64,000 nt of DNA. It comes from Gemmatimonadota bacterium. GTDB lineage: Bacteria > Gemmatimonadota > Gemmatimonadetes > Gemmatimonadales > Gemmatimonadaceae. The notes below the pieces were generated by a model, which saw only the letters and a list, made by a program, of their open reading frames with translations, was not told the origin of the DNA and searched no databases. The stretch is taken from contig JAZJZK010000011.1 of NCBI GenBank assembly GCA_040389905.1, forward strand, positions 9,042-73,041, given 5' to 3'. Below are positions 51,001 through 60,982 of this stretch, one piece after another (the first letter of the stretch is position 1; the number at the start of each line of letters is the position of its first letter). A program made the position numbers and the translations under genes.

Positions 51001-51510
51001 TACCACCGCACGTTTTATCGATCGGTAGAAGCAACTAGTGTGACGCCGTTTGCGCCGCGCGCGGTGGATCGCGTGTTGCCTGCGCTGGTAGTTGCACTCG
51101 CGCGGCACATGGTCAAGCAGATGACGCCTGCGCGAGCAGCGATCGATATCGACGCTGCGCGTCCGCAGTTAGGGTTCATTCTCGACACGCTTGCAGAGCG
51201 CGTTGAGGCCTATGACCACGATCTCGATGCGGCAACTCGCGAAGAGATGCGGTTGAAGCTGCGCGGACTGGCGAGCGAGTTGCTGGACGATTGGAGCAGA
51301 ATCGCGAAGGAACAGCACGACACTGGGTCTGAATTGAAGTACCAGCAATACGAGCGAGTCGAGCGCGCCCAGCCGCTACTCTGGGATCCGCTCGACCCAA
51401 GACTCGCCGAGTTGTCCGCGCCTCGCGGCCGATTCAAGGCGGCGCGTTCGATGCGCGACGTAGAACCCGAAGTACTCCTGCTCAAGCGAGGCTCGCGCGA
51501 TGGCACGTAA
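48070..51510 (+). CDS. drmA: DISARM helicase DrmA
   Basis: WRPFQLAF, FPTGGGKTEAY, QDELH, ASTAT, ATNMISVGLD, QSTSRVGR. Confidence 0.93.
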   Translation: MTQTSVEVRDDVVRALRLDLVGPMANLESDAKYASERLPMSPSRWYLTGFLVPSNAPDEQRSDEASQEEMDLAGDSDIDGDEDVAPEKGAAKRLIFPASIGLSVLIPEGTDGLDAVITWGDYVPEPKASAATEGGEVDAAVGAVPIPRDQVWVRTPRSQSVRVPISAPGSKSKAVDVPGSGGIKLYSSARNTGGGATGLKKGTQSVAVFLVNERTPEPTDEKDRAFIFQAKLELTCNDGFVPRPDPRRGSEDDWDDKVADVQYADVFEYATGHGVSADWSVGAKTCTRAWTTWTPCANVPFVEPADMPEAMLEMQRLATVSGDELTAGLTPLVQGYSKWIELQRSHLPEDEKRKATATNLLSRATTARDRMQRGISLLDDDTIRRAFQLANLAMDEASRRRVAQRSGQAPGDVKAPAWRPFQLAFVLLNMAGIANPADTDREIVDLLFFPTGGGKTEAYLGLAAFTLILRRLRQPTVASAGVTVLMRYTLRLLTLDQLGRAASLICALERIRWTNTDSLGPWPFEIGLWVGRAATPNRMGKTGDQDESTARKRVQAYQQNSRRKPAPIPIESCPWCGTAFTRDSYDLRPNANHPIDLRILCVNTSCEFSGERALPIVAVDEPLYRRLPCFVIATVDKFASLPFEARAGALFGLVDRHDQNGFYGAADPGVGNPIPGGRLQPPELIIQDELHLISGPLGTIAGLYEAAIDRLATREQNGAMIRPKIVASTATVRRAEKQVRALFARRGVELFPPASANRDDSFFALTAPTDRHAPRQYIGLAAPGRSLKVVMLRAYIALLGASYRAYKANGADRFGSNPADPYLTLLGYFSALRELGGARRIIEDEVNSRLRIYGDRKRVGEQQGLFEDRDIEYEVLELTSRKSTSDVARAKQRLEHEWRLDNKGERVDVAIATNMISVGLDISRLGLMVVAGQPRGSAEYIQSTSRVGRLPTRPGLVVTLLTTNKPRDRSHYERFGFYHRTFYRSVEATSVTPFAPRAVDRVLPALVVALARHMVKQMTPARAAIDIDAARPQLGFILDTLAERVEAYDHDLDAATREEMRLKLRGLASELLDDWSRIAKEQHDTGSELKYQQYERVERAQPLLWDPLDPRLAELSAPRGRFKAARSMRDVEPEVLLLKRGSRDGT

Positions 51511-53284
51511 AGGCGTTGGGTCGCTCCGCCGAGGACAAGTGGTATCGTCGTTTGGTCCTGGCGCGACAATCGACCTGCCCGACATCTCCGTAGTGATTGG
51601 AGGGTTGGACTGGTGGAAGGGATATGACCAGGAGCGCATACTCGAGCCACGCCTTGAAGAGAAGGTCGCCCAGGCGCTCAAGGTCCCTCGGATCACGCTC
51701 TACGCACCTCCCGCTGAGGTGAAGGAACCTCACGGTCCGATGTTCGGCATTCCTGTCGACGAGTTTCCACTGTGGTTCGTTGCCGACGTTGAACAGAAGA
51801 AGGGACGCGCGCGCACGAGGCCACTTCTTCATCAGAGAAGTCTGGTTAAAGGCGAGTACGAACATGAGCGAAAGAAGTATCCCGTCACCCCCGTTCGTTT
51901 CGTCCAGGCGTGCAGCAACGGGCATATCGCCGACATCGAATGGTACGAGTTCACCCATTCGGGCCGTACTTCCTGTCACCGTCCGTTGTGGATCGATGAG
52001 TATGGCACCAGCGGCGATCTGACCGACGCGCTTGTTCGATGCGAGTGCGGCGAGCAGCGCGCGCTTGCTCAGGCGACTCGCCGGGATGTGTTGGGGCAGT
52101 GCAAGGGTCAGCGGCCTTGGCTTCCGAAGGGTGAGTTGTGCGGCGGTGTAGGTGGGAAGCCGGAGATGATGCGGTTGCTGATCCGCACGGCGAGTAACGC
52201 GTACTTCCCGCAGAAACTGTCTGTGCTCTCGTTGCCGGAGGCGGGCGACAAGATCCGCGCTGCCGTCCGAGGACTCTGGTCGATGCTGAAGGATGCGGAC
52301 TCCGTCGAGAAGCTGGCGGCCTTCCGATCGATGCTGAGCGCGGTGCGAGATGGGCTTCAAGGCATCGATGATGCGACCGCGTTCGGGTACATCGTGGCCG
52401 AGCGCGAAGGCAGGACCCCGGTGCGACGGCCCATCAAGGTGGACGAGTTCGAGGCACTCACGCAGGCCGCAGAGAGCCTCGGAGAGGATCGTCCCGACGG
52501 TGACTTCTATGCGCGCCGTCTTGCTTTGCCCAATCCGCAGGTGGGTGTGCTTGCCCCTATCGAACGTGTCGTGCTCGTTCATCGGCTGCGCGAAGTCACC
52601 GCGCAACTCGGCTTCACACGCTTCGAATCGGTTGTCCCCGATGTCCAGGGTGAGCTCGATCTTAACGTTCGACGAGCGGCCTTGGCGATGGAGCCGACGT
52701 GGATGCCTGCTGTCGAGACGCGAGGAGAAGGGGTATTCATTTCCTTCAAGAAGTCGGCACTCGAAGAGTGGCGCGCGCGGCCTGAGGTGCGTGCGCGTGA
52801 CGACGCCTTCAAACGCGCGTTCGATGCGCAACGAGGTCCGGCAGAGCGTCCAGACGCCACCTACGTCATGCTGCATTCTCTGGCGCACCTGCTGATTACC
52901 GCCGTCGCGCTGGACTGTGGCTACAACACCGCCTCGATTCGAGAACGCATTTACGTCGGCGCGGACGGCTGCGGCATTCTTCTCTACACGGGGACATCGG
53001 ACGCCGAGGGCACACTGGGCGGTCTCGTGCAATCGGGCAGGAAGATCGGACGGTACCTGCGCCTTGCACTCGACCTTGGGCGCCTGTGCGCGAATGATCC
53101 GGTCTGTGCGCAGCGGCCACCGGACTCACAGCATGACGACCGGAATTCGTTGGGCGCGGCATGTCACGGCTGCCTTTTGATCAGCGAGACATGCTGCGAA
53201 CGGCGCAATGAGTACTTGGATCGCTCGCTTGTTGTCGCGACGGTTCAGAACCTTGGCTGCGAGTTCTTCGTCGAGCCGGCATGA
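51500..53284 (+). CDS. drmB: DISARM DrmB (DUF1998)
   Basis: FGPGA, HSLAHLL, GTLGGL, CANDPVC...ACHGC...CERRN. Confidence 0.93.
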   Translation: MARKGVGSLRRGQVVSSFGPGATIDLPDISVVIGGLDWWKGYDQERILEPRLEEKVAQALKVPRITLYAPPAEVKEPHGPMFGIPVDEFPLWFVADVEQKKGRARTRPLLHQRSLVKGEYEHERKKYPVTPVRFVQACSNGHIADIEWYEFTHSGRTSCHRPLWIDEYGTSGDLTDALVRCECGEQRALAQATRRDVLGQCKGQRPWLPKGELCGGVGGKPEMMRLLIRTASNAYFPQKLSVLSLPEAGDKIRAAVRGLWSMLKDADSVEKLAAFRSMLSAVRDGLQGIDDATAFGYIVAEREGRTPVRRPIKVDEFEALTQAAESLGEDRPDGDFYARRLALPNPQVGVLAPIERVVLVHRLREVTAQLGFTRFESVVPDVQGELDLNVRRAALAMEPTWMPAVETRGEGVFISFKKSALEEWRARPEVRARDDAFKRAFDAQRGPAERPDATYVMLHSLAHLLITAVALDCGYNTASIRERIYVGADGCGILLYTGTSDAEGTLGGLVQSGRKIGRYLRLALDLGRLCANDPVCAQRPPDSQHDDRNSLGAACHGCLLISETCCERRNEYLDRSLVVATVQNLGCEFFVEPA

Positions 53285-54063
53285 ACGTCGTGCTGCCGGG
53301 GGTTGCACCTGTGCAACTCGAGAGGATCGCGGATGCCTTGGATCGTCCCGCATTTGCTGGCGACGTTGAAGTGCTCCTTCGCGAGCTAGATGTTAGTGAC
53401 CCTTCGTCGGTCGCGCGGGAGTTGCGCGCACATCTCGCGCAGTCGACTGCAGCGAGCCTGTCTGACGTTCTGAGAGCTGTGGCAGCGGAGCGACGCGCGG
53501 CAACGCAAGCCGCAGACCGCCGGCTTGAACTTGTTTGGACGGGGCCAGAGCGAGATGGAACGGCGACGCGCGACACTGCGGTCGTCGTTCGCGAGCTGTT
53601 TCAGTCAGCCGAGCATGACGTGCTGGTGGCCGGCTATGCCCTATACAATGCTCGGTCCATACTTGAACCGCTTGCACAGCGTATGCTCGCGCGCGCAGCG
53701 CTTCGAGTGCGCCTCATTCTGAACATCGCACGTGATGAGGCCGCGCTCAGCGATGAGGACTCACTCCGCGAGTTCGCGCGCAAGTTCAGGAAGCATCATT
53801 GGCCGTCGTCTCCGTATCCTACCTTGTACTACGACCGAAGAGCATTCGACAGGAGGCCGGAATGTCGCGCAGTAATGCACGCGAAGTGCGTCCTCGTGGA
53901 TGCGAAGCGGAGCTTTCTCACGTCCGCGAATCTGACTGAGGCTGCACAGACACGAAACATAGAGCTTGGAGTCGTAATCAACGACGCTGCGTGGTGCAGG
54001 GGGGTGAAGGAGCAGTTTGACGATCTTATCGCGCGCGGAGCCCTCTCCGAGCTGCGCTCTTAA
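53281..54063 (+). CDS. drmC: DISARM phospholipase D-like nuclease DrmC
   Basis: ELVWTGP, HAKCVLVD (HKD), SANLT...NIELG. Confidence 0.92.
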   Translation: MNVVLPGVAPVQLERIADALDRPAFAGDVEVLLRELDVSDPSSVARELRAHLAQSTAASLSDVLRAVAAERRAATQAADRRLELVWTGPERDGTATRDTAVVVRELFQSAEHDVLVAGYALYNARSILEPLAQRMLARAALRVRLILNIARDEAALSDEDSLREFARKFRKHHWPSSPYPTLYYDRRAFDRRPECRAVMHAKCVLVDAKRSFLTSANLTEAAQTRNIELGVVINDAAWCRGVKEQFDDLIARGALSELRS

Positions 54064-54103
54064 GGCCAAGACGCGGGAGCCTTCGCGAGTGAGGTAAGCC
54101 AGA

Positions 54104-54736
54104 ATGCGACGCGAGAACAACGAAAGACTGGTGTGTAGTGCTTGTGCAAGCGTGTATGAAATGCGTAGGATCGACCTCAAAGACGCAAGGACGTTGGGGC
54201 AGCCGTGGCACTGTCCCAAGGGTCATCCGCAATTTCCCCCTACGGTGGCGGCGTTGAAGGTCGCGACACAACTGCTAGTGAAGGAAACCAAAAGAGCCGA
54301 AGCAGCGGCGACAGAAGTAGGGAAGCTAAGACGCAGGCTGGCCGGCCTGCTGCGTCTTCCAAAGAAGGAGCGCGAGAAAGCCAAAGCGATCGCGGTGAGA
54401 GACCGACAAGTTGTCGCACTGCAGGCGAAAGCAAAAACCGCCGCCGGCGAGATACGGCTACTCCGCGAAGCAGCCCGGCTGACAAGCCGTGAGCTGCGAG
54501 CTCGTGAGTCAGAGCTGCGGACGCACGCACGAGATCGGGCGACCTTCTTGGCCAACAAGGAAGCGAGTGTAGCGAAAGCCGAGAAGGCTGCCCAAATCAA
54601 GGGATTTCAAACTGGTCTCGCACTTCTGTTTGATGACCTGCTACTTCGCGATTGTCCCTTTCATTCCTGCAAGGTGAGTGTCGCGTCCCTGAGTGAACTG
54701 CTAGATCATGTCCGAAGTCAGCATCTCAGGCCGTGA
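54104..54736 (+). CDS. Hypothetical zinc-finger/coiled-coil protein
   Basis: CSAC...CPKGH, long coiled coil, C-terminal CPFHSC...HVRSQH. Confidence 0.6.
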   Translation: MRRENNERLVCSACASVYEMRRIDLKDARTLGQPWHCPKGHPQFPPTVAALKVATQLLVKETKRAEAAATEVGKLRRRLAGLLRLPKKEREKAKAIAVRDRQVVALQAKAKTAAGEIRLLREAARLTSRELRARESELRTHARDRATFLANKEASVAKAEKAAQIKGFQTGLALLFDDLLLRDCPFHSCKVSVASLSELLDHVRSQHLRP

Positions 54737-54948
54737 GACATAGAGAGTCTCATCATTCCCTTCCTCGCACGGTCCATGCTGCTTTGCGCTTTGATGGAGA
54801 AGTGGGCGACGGCGTCGAATACCGCCGACGCGGGCGTCCAGGTCACAAGCCTACATTGATCCGGCGTGCAGCGCGTCCGTCGCGCGTTCTGGCATCAAAC
54901 AACAGGCCGATGCAGCGTGGTGCAGGGGAGGAAGGAGCGGTTTGAGTC

Positions 54949-55465
54949 GGGACAGGCCAGAGCTATGTCGCCAAAGCGCTGACGCTGCTCGCCGTGCAGC
55001 GCTGGTATAGGGCGTCTACCGCGAAGCGCATCAACTGATCGAGGACAATGTCGAAGCGCGCGAACTCGGGAAGCTCCGCGCGTACGGCAGTCAACTGAAG
55101 GCGATCGATCTCCTGCTCATTGATGATCTGTGTTTGCGCAAACTCCCGGCCCCCGGCGGCGACGAGCTCGGGGAAGTCTTGACGGAGTCGACATGAAAGA
55201 GCGTCGACGATCGTCACATCGAAGGGCCGGTCGATGATTGGGCGAGCCTCCTCGGTGATACCTTCGTCGTCATGCAGCTACTCGACCGGCCAATGCACCA
55301 CGGCACTTGCTGAGGTTTGACGGCAGGAGCTGGCGCCTGCGGGAAGCGGCTGCGCGAGTTGCCAAGTGTCCATCGAACGGGTAGCGTCCCTCCGTTCCGC
55401 CACATCTGCAGGTGGGGGAATTTGACCCGGCCACGGGGGGGAGGAGTTCGCAGTGGCCACCGGGG
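54949..55465 (+). mobile_element. istB: Degenerate IS21-family remnant (frameshifted istB 3' half plus terminal repeat)
   Basis: GTGQSYVAKAL, LLLIDDL, DDWASLLGD, LLDR.MHHG, GRSWRLRE across frames; end repeat at 55409-55465. Confidence 0.8.
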
Positions 55466-55752
55466 TGACCAAAAGTGATTGGAATAGGTCGGTTTTCTCG
55501 GGGAAGGATGCGATCACAACCGCCTTCAGCGAGGACATGGGGCAGATACTCGCCGAGATGAACGAAGAAGCGCAACCGAGGACGACCTATCGTTTCTACA
55601 TGTAGCCGTCAGCAGAACTGCTGCCGTTCCATTGAGTTGTGTCGTGAGGGCGCAGTGTTCCTGATGCGTAAGCCGGCGCGCTTAGGTGGGGCGCGAAGCG
55701 CCAAGGAAGGATCCGCACGCCCATTCTGCCACCACCCCCGTTCTCGGATGGG

Positions 55753-57546
55753 TTGAACGTGCATTTCTGCTACGCAGGTGCCGAACGGCTACTCGGAATC
55801 AAGCCGTCGTATGACGAGGTGAGGATTCGGCTCGAGGGTTCCAGCGTGCTGGAAGTGCTGGACCTTGTTGGTCGGATGGACGCAATGCTCTATGCCGGCG
55901 CGCAGGGCGACCGCGAAACTCAAAGGCGCATCGCGTTCGGACTGTTCGGTGACACTGCCCAAGTGATTCTTCGGAGAATCATGATCCGACAGGAGAGAGA
56001 CCATCGCGATGGTCACTCGCCCACGGAGTATCTGCTGTTTACGCAGGCAAGCCTCGCTGCGCTTGTACAGGTCGCCGCAGCCCATCTACCGCTGCAGGGT
56101 CATTCGGGAGATCACCGGCCGCGATACCAGCGACTTGGTGAGGCATTGCTGATAATTCATGACCTGATTGACGGCAACGAGCCAAGCAATCCGGCGGGAA
56201 TGCCTGTTAATACCGAGGAAGGGCTACGCGTGTGGGCCTACTACACGGCCGTAGTTGCTGCGGAGCTGGGGTACGGGCCGTCTGTCCATGCCGTGGCGCG
56301 ATCGGTCGAACTCTTCCTCAGCCCACATCCCGAGCTTGTCGAAGATGCCAGTTACGTTGATCTCGCATCACTCTTCACGTCGGCGACCGGACTAAGCCAG
56401 GACGAGTATGCTCTCGCGCTGTTCGCGTTCTTTGGCTCCGTGCTCCGGGTGACCCCTGACAACGTTGCCAACACCAGCGCTGCAATCACATTCGACGCCC
56501 TCCGCGAACCGGAACTGGAACTATCGCCGGAGAAGATTCAGCGGTTTTTTGATCTGGTTGGCGAACCAGCCAATGCATTTTGCGACCGAGTGAAGGCTCA
56601 CTACCCACTAGCTGCGATCGTACCTGGCGATCGTCTGCCATTGGAACAATCGCCGATGGTTCAGTTTGGAGAGCATGTGGTTTGCCTCTCTGTTCGCCTC
56701 TTGGAGAGGAGGCTGACTGATGGGCTGTACCACGTTTTGCTCAACGCTAATCCTTTCGGAGAGAGTGCCGCTCGGCAACGTGTTCAACGGTTCCTTGGCC
56801 GCGTGTTCGAAGAGTATGTGGTCGCGAGCGTGCGCAGGATTGCCACCGAGCAACAGCGCAAGCACCGGACGAAGGTCAGGGTTTGGAACGAGAAGGAACT
56901 TCAGGCGGCGTGTCCATACGCGAAGGGCAAAACGTCATCGGTTTGCGACGCGGCGCTGCTCGTAGGCAACGACCTGTTCTTGATCGAGGCCAAAGCCAAG
57001 ATGTTCTCGTTAGCGGTACGGACTGGCGGCGCGCGAGATGCCTTCTTCGAGAAGGTTTCCGAAATTGCGGTTGATGGTGTTCGCCAGATCGAGTCGACAC
57101 TGCAACTACTCAACGCCGGTGTATTTGACGGGCTGGGTCTAAACTTCCGAAAAGTGAAACGCGTGTTCCCTATCGTTGTGTCTCTGCAGCACATCTCGGT
57201 CACTGCGTGGCTTCAAGCCTGGATTGACAGAGAGCTGTGCGTCCGTGGCGTCCTCCAGAATCAGACGGGCCGCCCTGCCGTACAGGCTCCTCTCCTCATG
57301 GATGCTGAGGGGCTTGAATACGTGGAACTCTGCGGCGAGGCGGGCGACAAGCTCGCGCGTGTGATTGCAAGTCGATTCAAGACCACAATCGCGGCAGGTC
57401 TTTCAGTGTCAAATTGGAGTGCTCAGAACGATCTCGCGAGAAAGCGAGATAGGTCTGCGCGAATTCGCCATCATGCTGCAGTTTACGGTCGTTTGGGTGA
57501 AAAACTGCTGGCGCGCGGAAATGAACGAGCAGCTACAGAGGGGTAG
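55753..57546 (+). CDS. Hypothetical protein with C-terminal PD-(D/E)XK (NERD-like) nuclease domain
   Basis: GRVFEEYV...CDAALLVGNDLFLIEAK...GVRQI motif set. Confidence 0.7.
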   Translation: MNVHFCYAGAERLLGIKPSYDEVRIRLEGSSVLEVLDLVGRMDAMLYAGAQGDRETQRRIAFGLFGDTAQVILRRIMIRQERDHRDGHSPTEYLLFTQASLAALVQVAAAHLPLQGHSGDHRPRYQRLGEALLIIHDLIDGNEPSNPAGMPVNTEEGLRVWAYYTAVVAAELGYGPSVHAVARSVELFLSPHPELVEDASYVDLASLFTSATGLSQDEYALALFAFFGSVLRVTPDNVANTSAAITFDALREPELELSPEKIQRFFDLVGEPANAFCDRVKAHYPLAAIVPGDRLPLEQSPMVQFGEHVVCLSVRLLERRLTDGLYHVLLNANPFGESAARQRVQRFLGRVFEEYVVASVRRIATEQQRKHRTKVRVWNEKELQAACPYAKGKTSSVCDAALLVGNDLFLIEAKAKMFSLAVRTGGARDAFFEKVSEIAVDGVRQIESTLQLLNAGVFDGLGLNFRKVKRVFPIVVSLQHISVTAWLQAWIDRELCVRGVLQNQTGRPAVQAPLLMDAEGLEYVELCGEAGDKLARVIASRFKTTIAAGLSVSNWSAQNDLARKRDRSARIRHHAAVYGRLGEKLLARGNERAATEG

Positions 57547-57900
57547 AGAAGTGCTAAAATACCCACTTGAAGGCCTGAACTCTTCTCCATCGGTCGGCGA
57601 CGTGTAGCCTTCCGATCAATGCGGGGACTCTAGCAGCGATGGTTGCTAACGATACGGGTGGCCCGGTGTGCCGTCCGACTGTTGAGAGATCCTAGCTGCG
57701 CTGGTCATCGAGGAGGAGTTCGATCCCCTAACGGAGATTGAGGCGATTCCCTAGATAGGGAGGCGACAAGACCCACTTCGGGACTTCAAACGTTTATACT
57801 TGAGGTACCGGCCCGAAGCGCACCAACTCTCTCGCCGTTGTCAGACCTCTCGCCTACCTTGAGCCGAGTTCCCTCGGCCCTCCCCGTTACCGAAACATCT

Positions 57901-60852
57901 ATGGCAAAGGCTCGGAAGCCCGCCAAGGGGCGCTCGGAGTCGGCGTATGTCGTCGCACAATTCGCCAATCGGCTCGTACTCGGGCAAGTGGTGCACGAGA
58001 GTGCGACTGGGCTCGTGAAACTTCGAGTGGCCGACGGCACGGTTCTCGAGTTGGTTCCCGACGGACGGCTCATGGATGCGGCCAGTCCGGACGTGTTCGC
58101 CGAAGTGTCGTTTTCACCGCCTTCGGGCGACGAAACGCAGCGTTTCGACGCGCTTGTGTCCCTCTTCCGCGAAGAGCAGAAGACGGCGGAAGAACGGCGC
58201 CTGTGGGCGAAGGCAGTCATCGGTGCAGATCTCCCCGCTGGCAAGGAAGTCGACGAGCTCCTTCGGTATCGATATGAGCAGCTTCGCGCCGAGTGGATGT
58301 CAACGCTGCGAAACATTTTGTCGGGCTCCGTCGCCGCCGGAAACGATAGGCTTTTGCTCGCGGCGCTTGAACAGGGTGTGCCCACGGACGTGCGCCGCTT
58401 GGCGAGTGACATTGCCGTGGAAACAAGATCGCTTTCTTCCGTTACGCCGCTCTGCGCCGCCGCAATCCACAAAACACAGGCGGCATTTGCTCGTGATGCT
58501 GCTCGGGCTTTGGCGCAACTGGCTCCGGAGCGGCTACCGTTGATCGCGCGTGTGGTGCACCGCGATGTCATGGATGCGATCGATCTTGCATCGTCCTCAT
58601 CACTGCGCGAAGCGAAAGTGCTCGGTCTTGAGCCACCAGGCCCGGAACAGAGTGTCGACAACGCGGTATCGTCGGACGACAGGCAAAGCGCAATTCCTGC
58701 GACGTTGCGCGGCGAAGTGTTGATGCACCTCACTCTTGCACTCCCCGTCGTTGATCAGACGCGAATACTCAGCTCGAGCAGCATCGAGCCTGGGCAACAA
58801 TCGGTTGCCAGCATGCTGCGCGTGGCAATACGCGATTCCTTTCGTGCAATCGTCGAGAAGGAGTCGCCGACTGGTTACGAGCTGTTGCTCCGCACCGCTC
58901 TTGCCCAGCTCATCCTCGCGGACTCAAGCGCCGATGTCTCCGATCTCCTCGCGGTAGCCGCGCGATCCCTGGCACGAGACGCGGACGCCGGAACGCTCCG
59001 CGACCTCACACTTACGCTGCCGGAGGAGGTGGCCGCTCGACTCGTGCGCGCCGCAATCGTTGGTCTCCGCATGGAGCGACTGACCGCACTTCTCGCCGAC
59101 ATTGCAGAAGGACGACCCTCGTTGGCACGTCTCGTCGCACCGGCCCTGCGCTCGGGACTCAAGGGCGGTGATTGGCAACCGAGCATTCGGCCGACGGTAC
59201 TTGGATTATTGGCAGCGGACACGGAGTCGCACCAGTTCGTCGCGAGAGAAGTGGTCCGAGAATTTGCCAACGACACATCGCCAGAGACTGAGGCGCTTGC
59301 GCGCGCGATCGTCCGAAACGGTGTCGTGATCGAATTGTCGCATGTGAGACAGTCTGGCCGGGCAAGTCTGATCAACGCATTGGTCGACGGATCGCCGCGC
59401 TACGCGGCCAGCGTCATCCGAGCACTATTGACGGACCGAGAGCAGGTAACGACATGGGAAGCGCTCAACAACTTGGTGTTTCCCATCGATTGGATCACGA
59501 CGGACGACGATCTCCGCGCTTCACTCATTGAATGGTTACCAATCGCAGTCGCCCACCGCATCTCTGCATCGTTCAGGGACTCCTACATCGGCATTCTGAG
59601 CAGTGACGCACCTGACGCATGGTCACAATGGTCGGTTGCGATTCGCGATGCGGCCATGTCGGTGCTGCGAGACACCAACCCAGCAGTGGCACTCCCCATC
59701 CTCGCAGCGGTTGCCTCACGGATGAAGCCTGGCGAGGAAAACCGCGCCAAGCTCGTCGAGAGCCTCGTCGGAGATTTCCTTGCGTGCGATCCCGAGTCCC
59801 TCCCACTGGTATCGGCTGTCATACCGAATGAGGAATTGCAATCCGCCCTTCTTCTTCACGGCGTCACGCTGGATCGATTAATTGCCCAGCGACGAGCGGA
59901 TGATCAAAGCCTGCATGTTGCGGCGGGGGAGCGACTCGCCGCTGACCTGCAGCGTGAGCTGGAGCGCGCGCAGTATGCCCTGAGGCGCGAGGATCAATTG
60001 GGGGCCCTGTTCGCTCGCCTGTCCGAGGATGTTGCAGCTCTGCTGCCTCGCTCGAAGACAGAAGATCCCGAAGTTGTGGATTTTGTTGCCGAGTTCAGCC
60101 CGTCGACGACGCGCGCGGCAGCTCAGGATGATGAACTGCTCTCGGCACTTCGCCGACTCGGTGGAAGAAGCCGTTCTTCTCAGGCGGCGCTCTCGTTCTT
60201 TCGTGAACGTATCGCGACTCTGCTCCAAGTAATGTCGCGCGCGGAGGTCGAAGCGTTCGTCGAGCGGCGGCGTTCTGTGCTCGACCGCCTTCCTCTTTCT
60301 GCGATCGCACCCGTTGCCGTCGCTCTGCTTCGATGCGGAGGTGATCCCTCACGCATCTGGGCGCTGCTTGGGGGTGGGCGGGATGCGCGTGGTGCGGTCG
60401 ATGTTGCGTTGGGCGCCGGAACCGCGCACACGGCTGCTGGGACCGAACTCCTGCGGATCGCGGCCGTGGACATAGGCACGCTCACTGCGGCGGTTGCCTC
60501 GCGATCGGCGGAATGGCGCGAACTATCCACGCGGCAGTCGACCGTGAGCGGGAGTATCGTGGACCTCGCACGTCGGCTGGCGCCGACTATCGAAGCCATC
60601 GACGGACTGATTCTGAACTATGGGCGCGTACGACACGTCCTCGGCGCTCACGGGCTTGCCCCAATTGAGCCCGTCCTCGGCCAGCGACACGGGCTTAGCC
60701 ATCTTACACCAGGTGCACACCGAGTCGTTGGGCTGAGCCTCGGTGAGGGGATTTACGAAGTGCAGACACACGGGATGAAGTTGGCGGATAGCGGCGACGT
60801 CGTTGTCCCAGCGGCCGTTGCGCGACAAGCAGACGTGGGCGACACCCCGTGA
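57901..60852 (+). CDS. Large helical protein with C-terminal GrpE-like domain
   Basis: ~983 aa; ends in a coiled coil then VLGAHGLAPIEPVLGQ...PGAHRVV...EVQTHGMKL...VVVPAAV, resembling the GrpE head. Confidence 0.65.
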   Translation: MAKARKPAKGRSESAYVVAQFANRLVLGQVVHESATGLVKLRVADGTVLELVPDGRLMDAASPDVFAEVSFSPPSGDETQRFDALVSLFREEQKTAEERRLWAKAVIGADLPAGKEVDELLRYRYEQLRAEWMSTLRNILSGSVAAGNDRLLLAALEQGVPTDVRRLASDIAVETRSLSSVTPLCAAAIHKTQAAFARDAARALAQLAPERLPLIARVVHRDVMDAIDLASSSSLREAKVLGLEPPGPEQSVDNAVSSDDRQSAIPATLRGEVLMHLTLALPVVDQTRILSSSSIEPGQQSVASMLRVAIRDSFRAIVEKESPTGYELLLRTALAQLILADSSADVSDLLAVAARSLARDADAGTLRDLTLTLPEEVAARLVRAAIVGLRMERLTALLADIAEGRPSLARLVAPALRSGLKGGDWQPSIRPTVLGLLAADTESHQFVAREVVREFANDTSPETEALARAIVRNGVVIELSHVRQSGRASLINALVDGSPRYAASVIRALLTDREQVTTWEALNNLVFPIDWITTDDDLRASLIEWLPIAVAHRISASFRDSYIGILSSDAPDAWSQWSVAIRDAAMSVLRDTNPAVALPILAAVASRMKPGEENRAKLVESLVGDFLACDPESLPLVSAVIPNEELQSALLLHGVTLDRLIAQRRADDQSLHVAAGERLAADLQRELERAQYALRREDQLGALFARLSEDVAALLPRSKTEDPEVVDFVAEFSPSTTRAAAQDDELLSALRRLGGRSRSSQAALSFFRERIATLLQVMSRAEVEAFVERRRSVLDRLPLSAIAPVAVALLRCGGDPSRIWALLGGGRDARGAVDVALGAGTAHTAAGTELLRIAAVDIGTLTAAVASRSAEWRELSTRQSTVSGSIVDLARRLAPTIEAIDGLILNYGRVRHVLGAHGLAPIEPVLGQRHGLSHLTPGAHRVVGLSLGEGIYEVQTHGMKLADSGDVVVPAAVARQADVGDTP

Positions 60853-60982
60853 AGGACCGCGCGTGAGAGGTAGGAACTGAACGCAAGCAAGGAACGAATG
60901 TGGATCATGAACGTCCTGCAACTCTGCAGTAACCTGGATCGCTGAACCGTCCGCGCATCGTCGTGATGCTTGAGGATCAAAA

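Noticed and set aside
51482..53032. Long antisense ORFs (also 12833-14542, 16997-18250, 18544-19875)
   Set aside because: Shadow frames of well-supported genes in high-GC DNA, with no recognisable motifs
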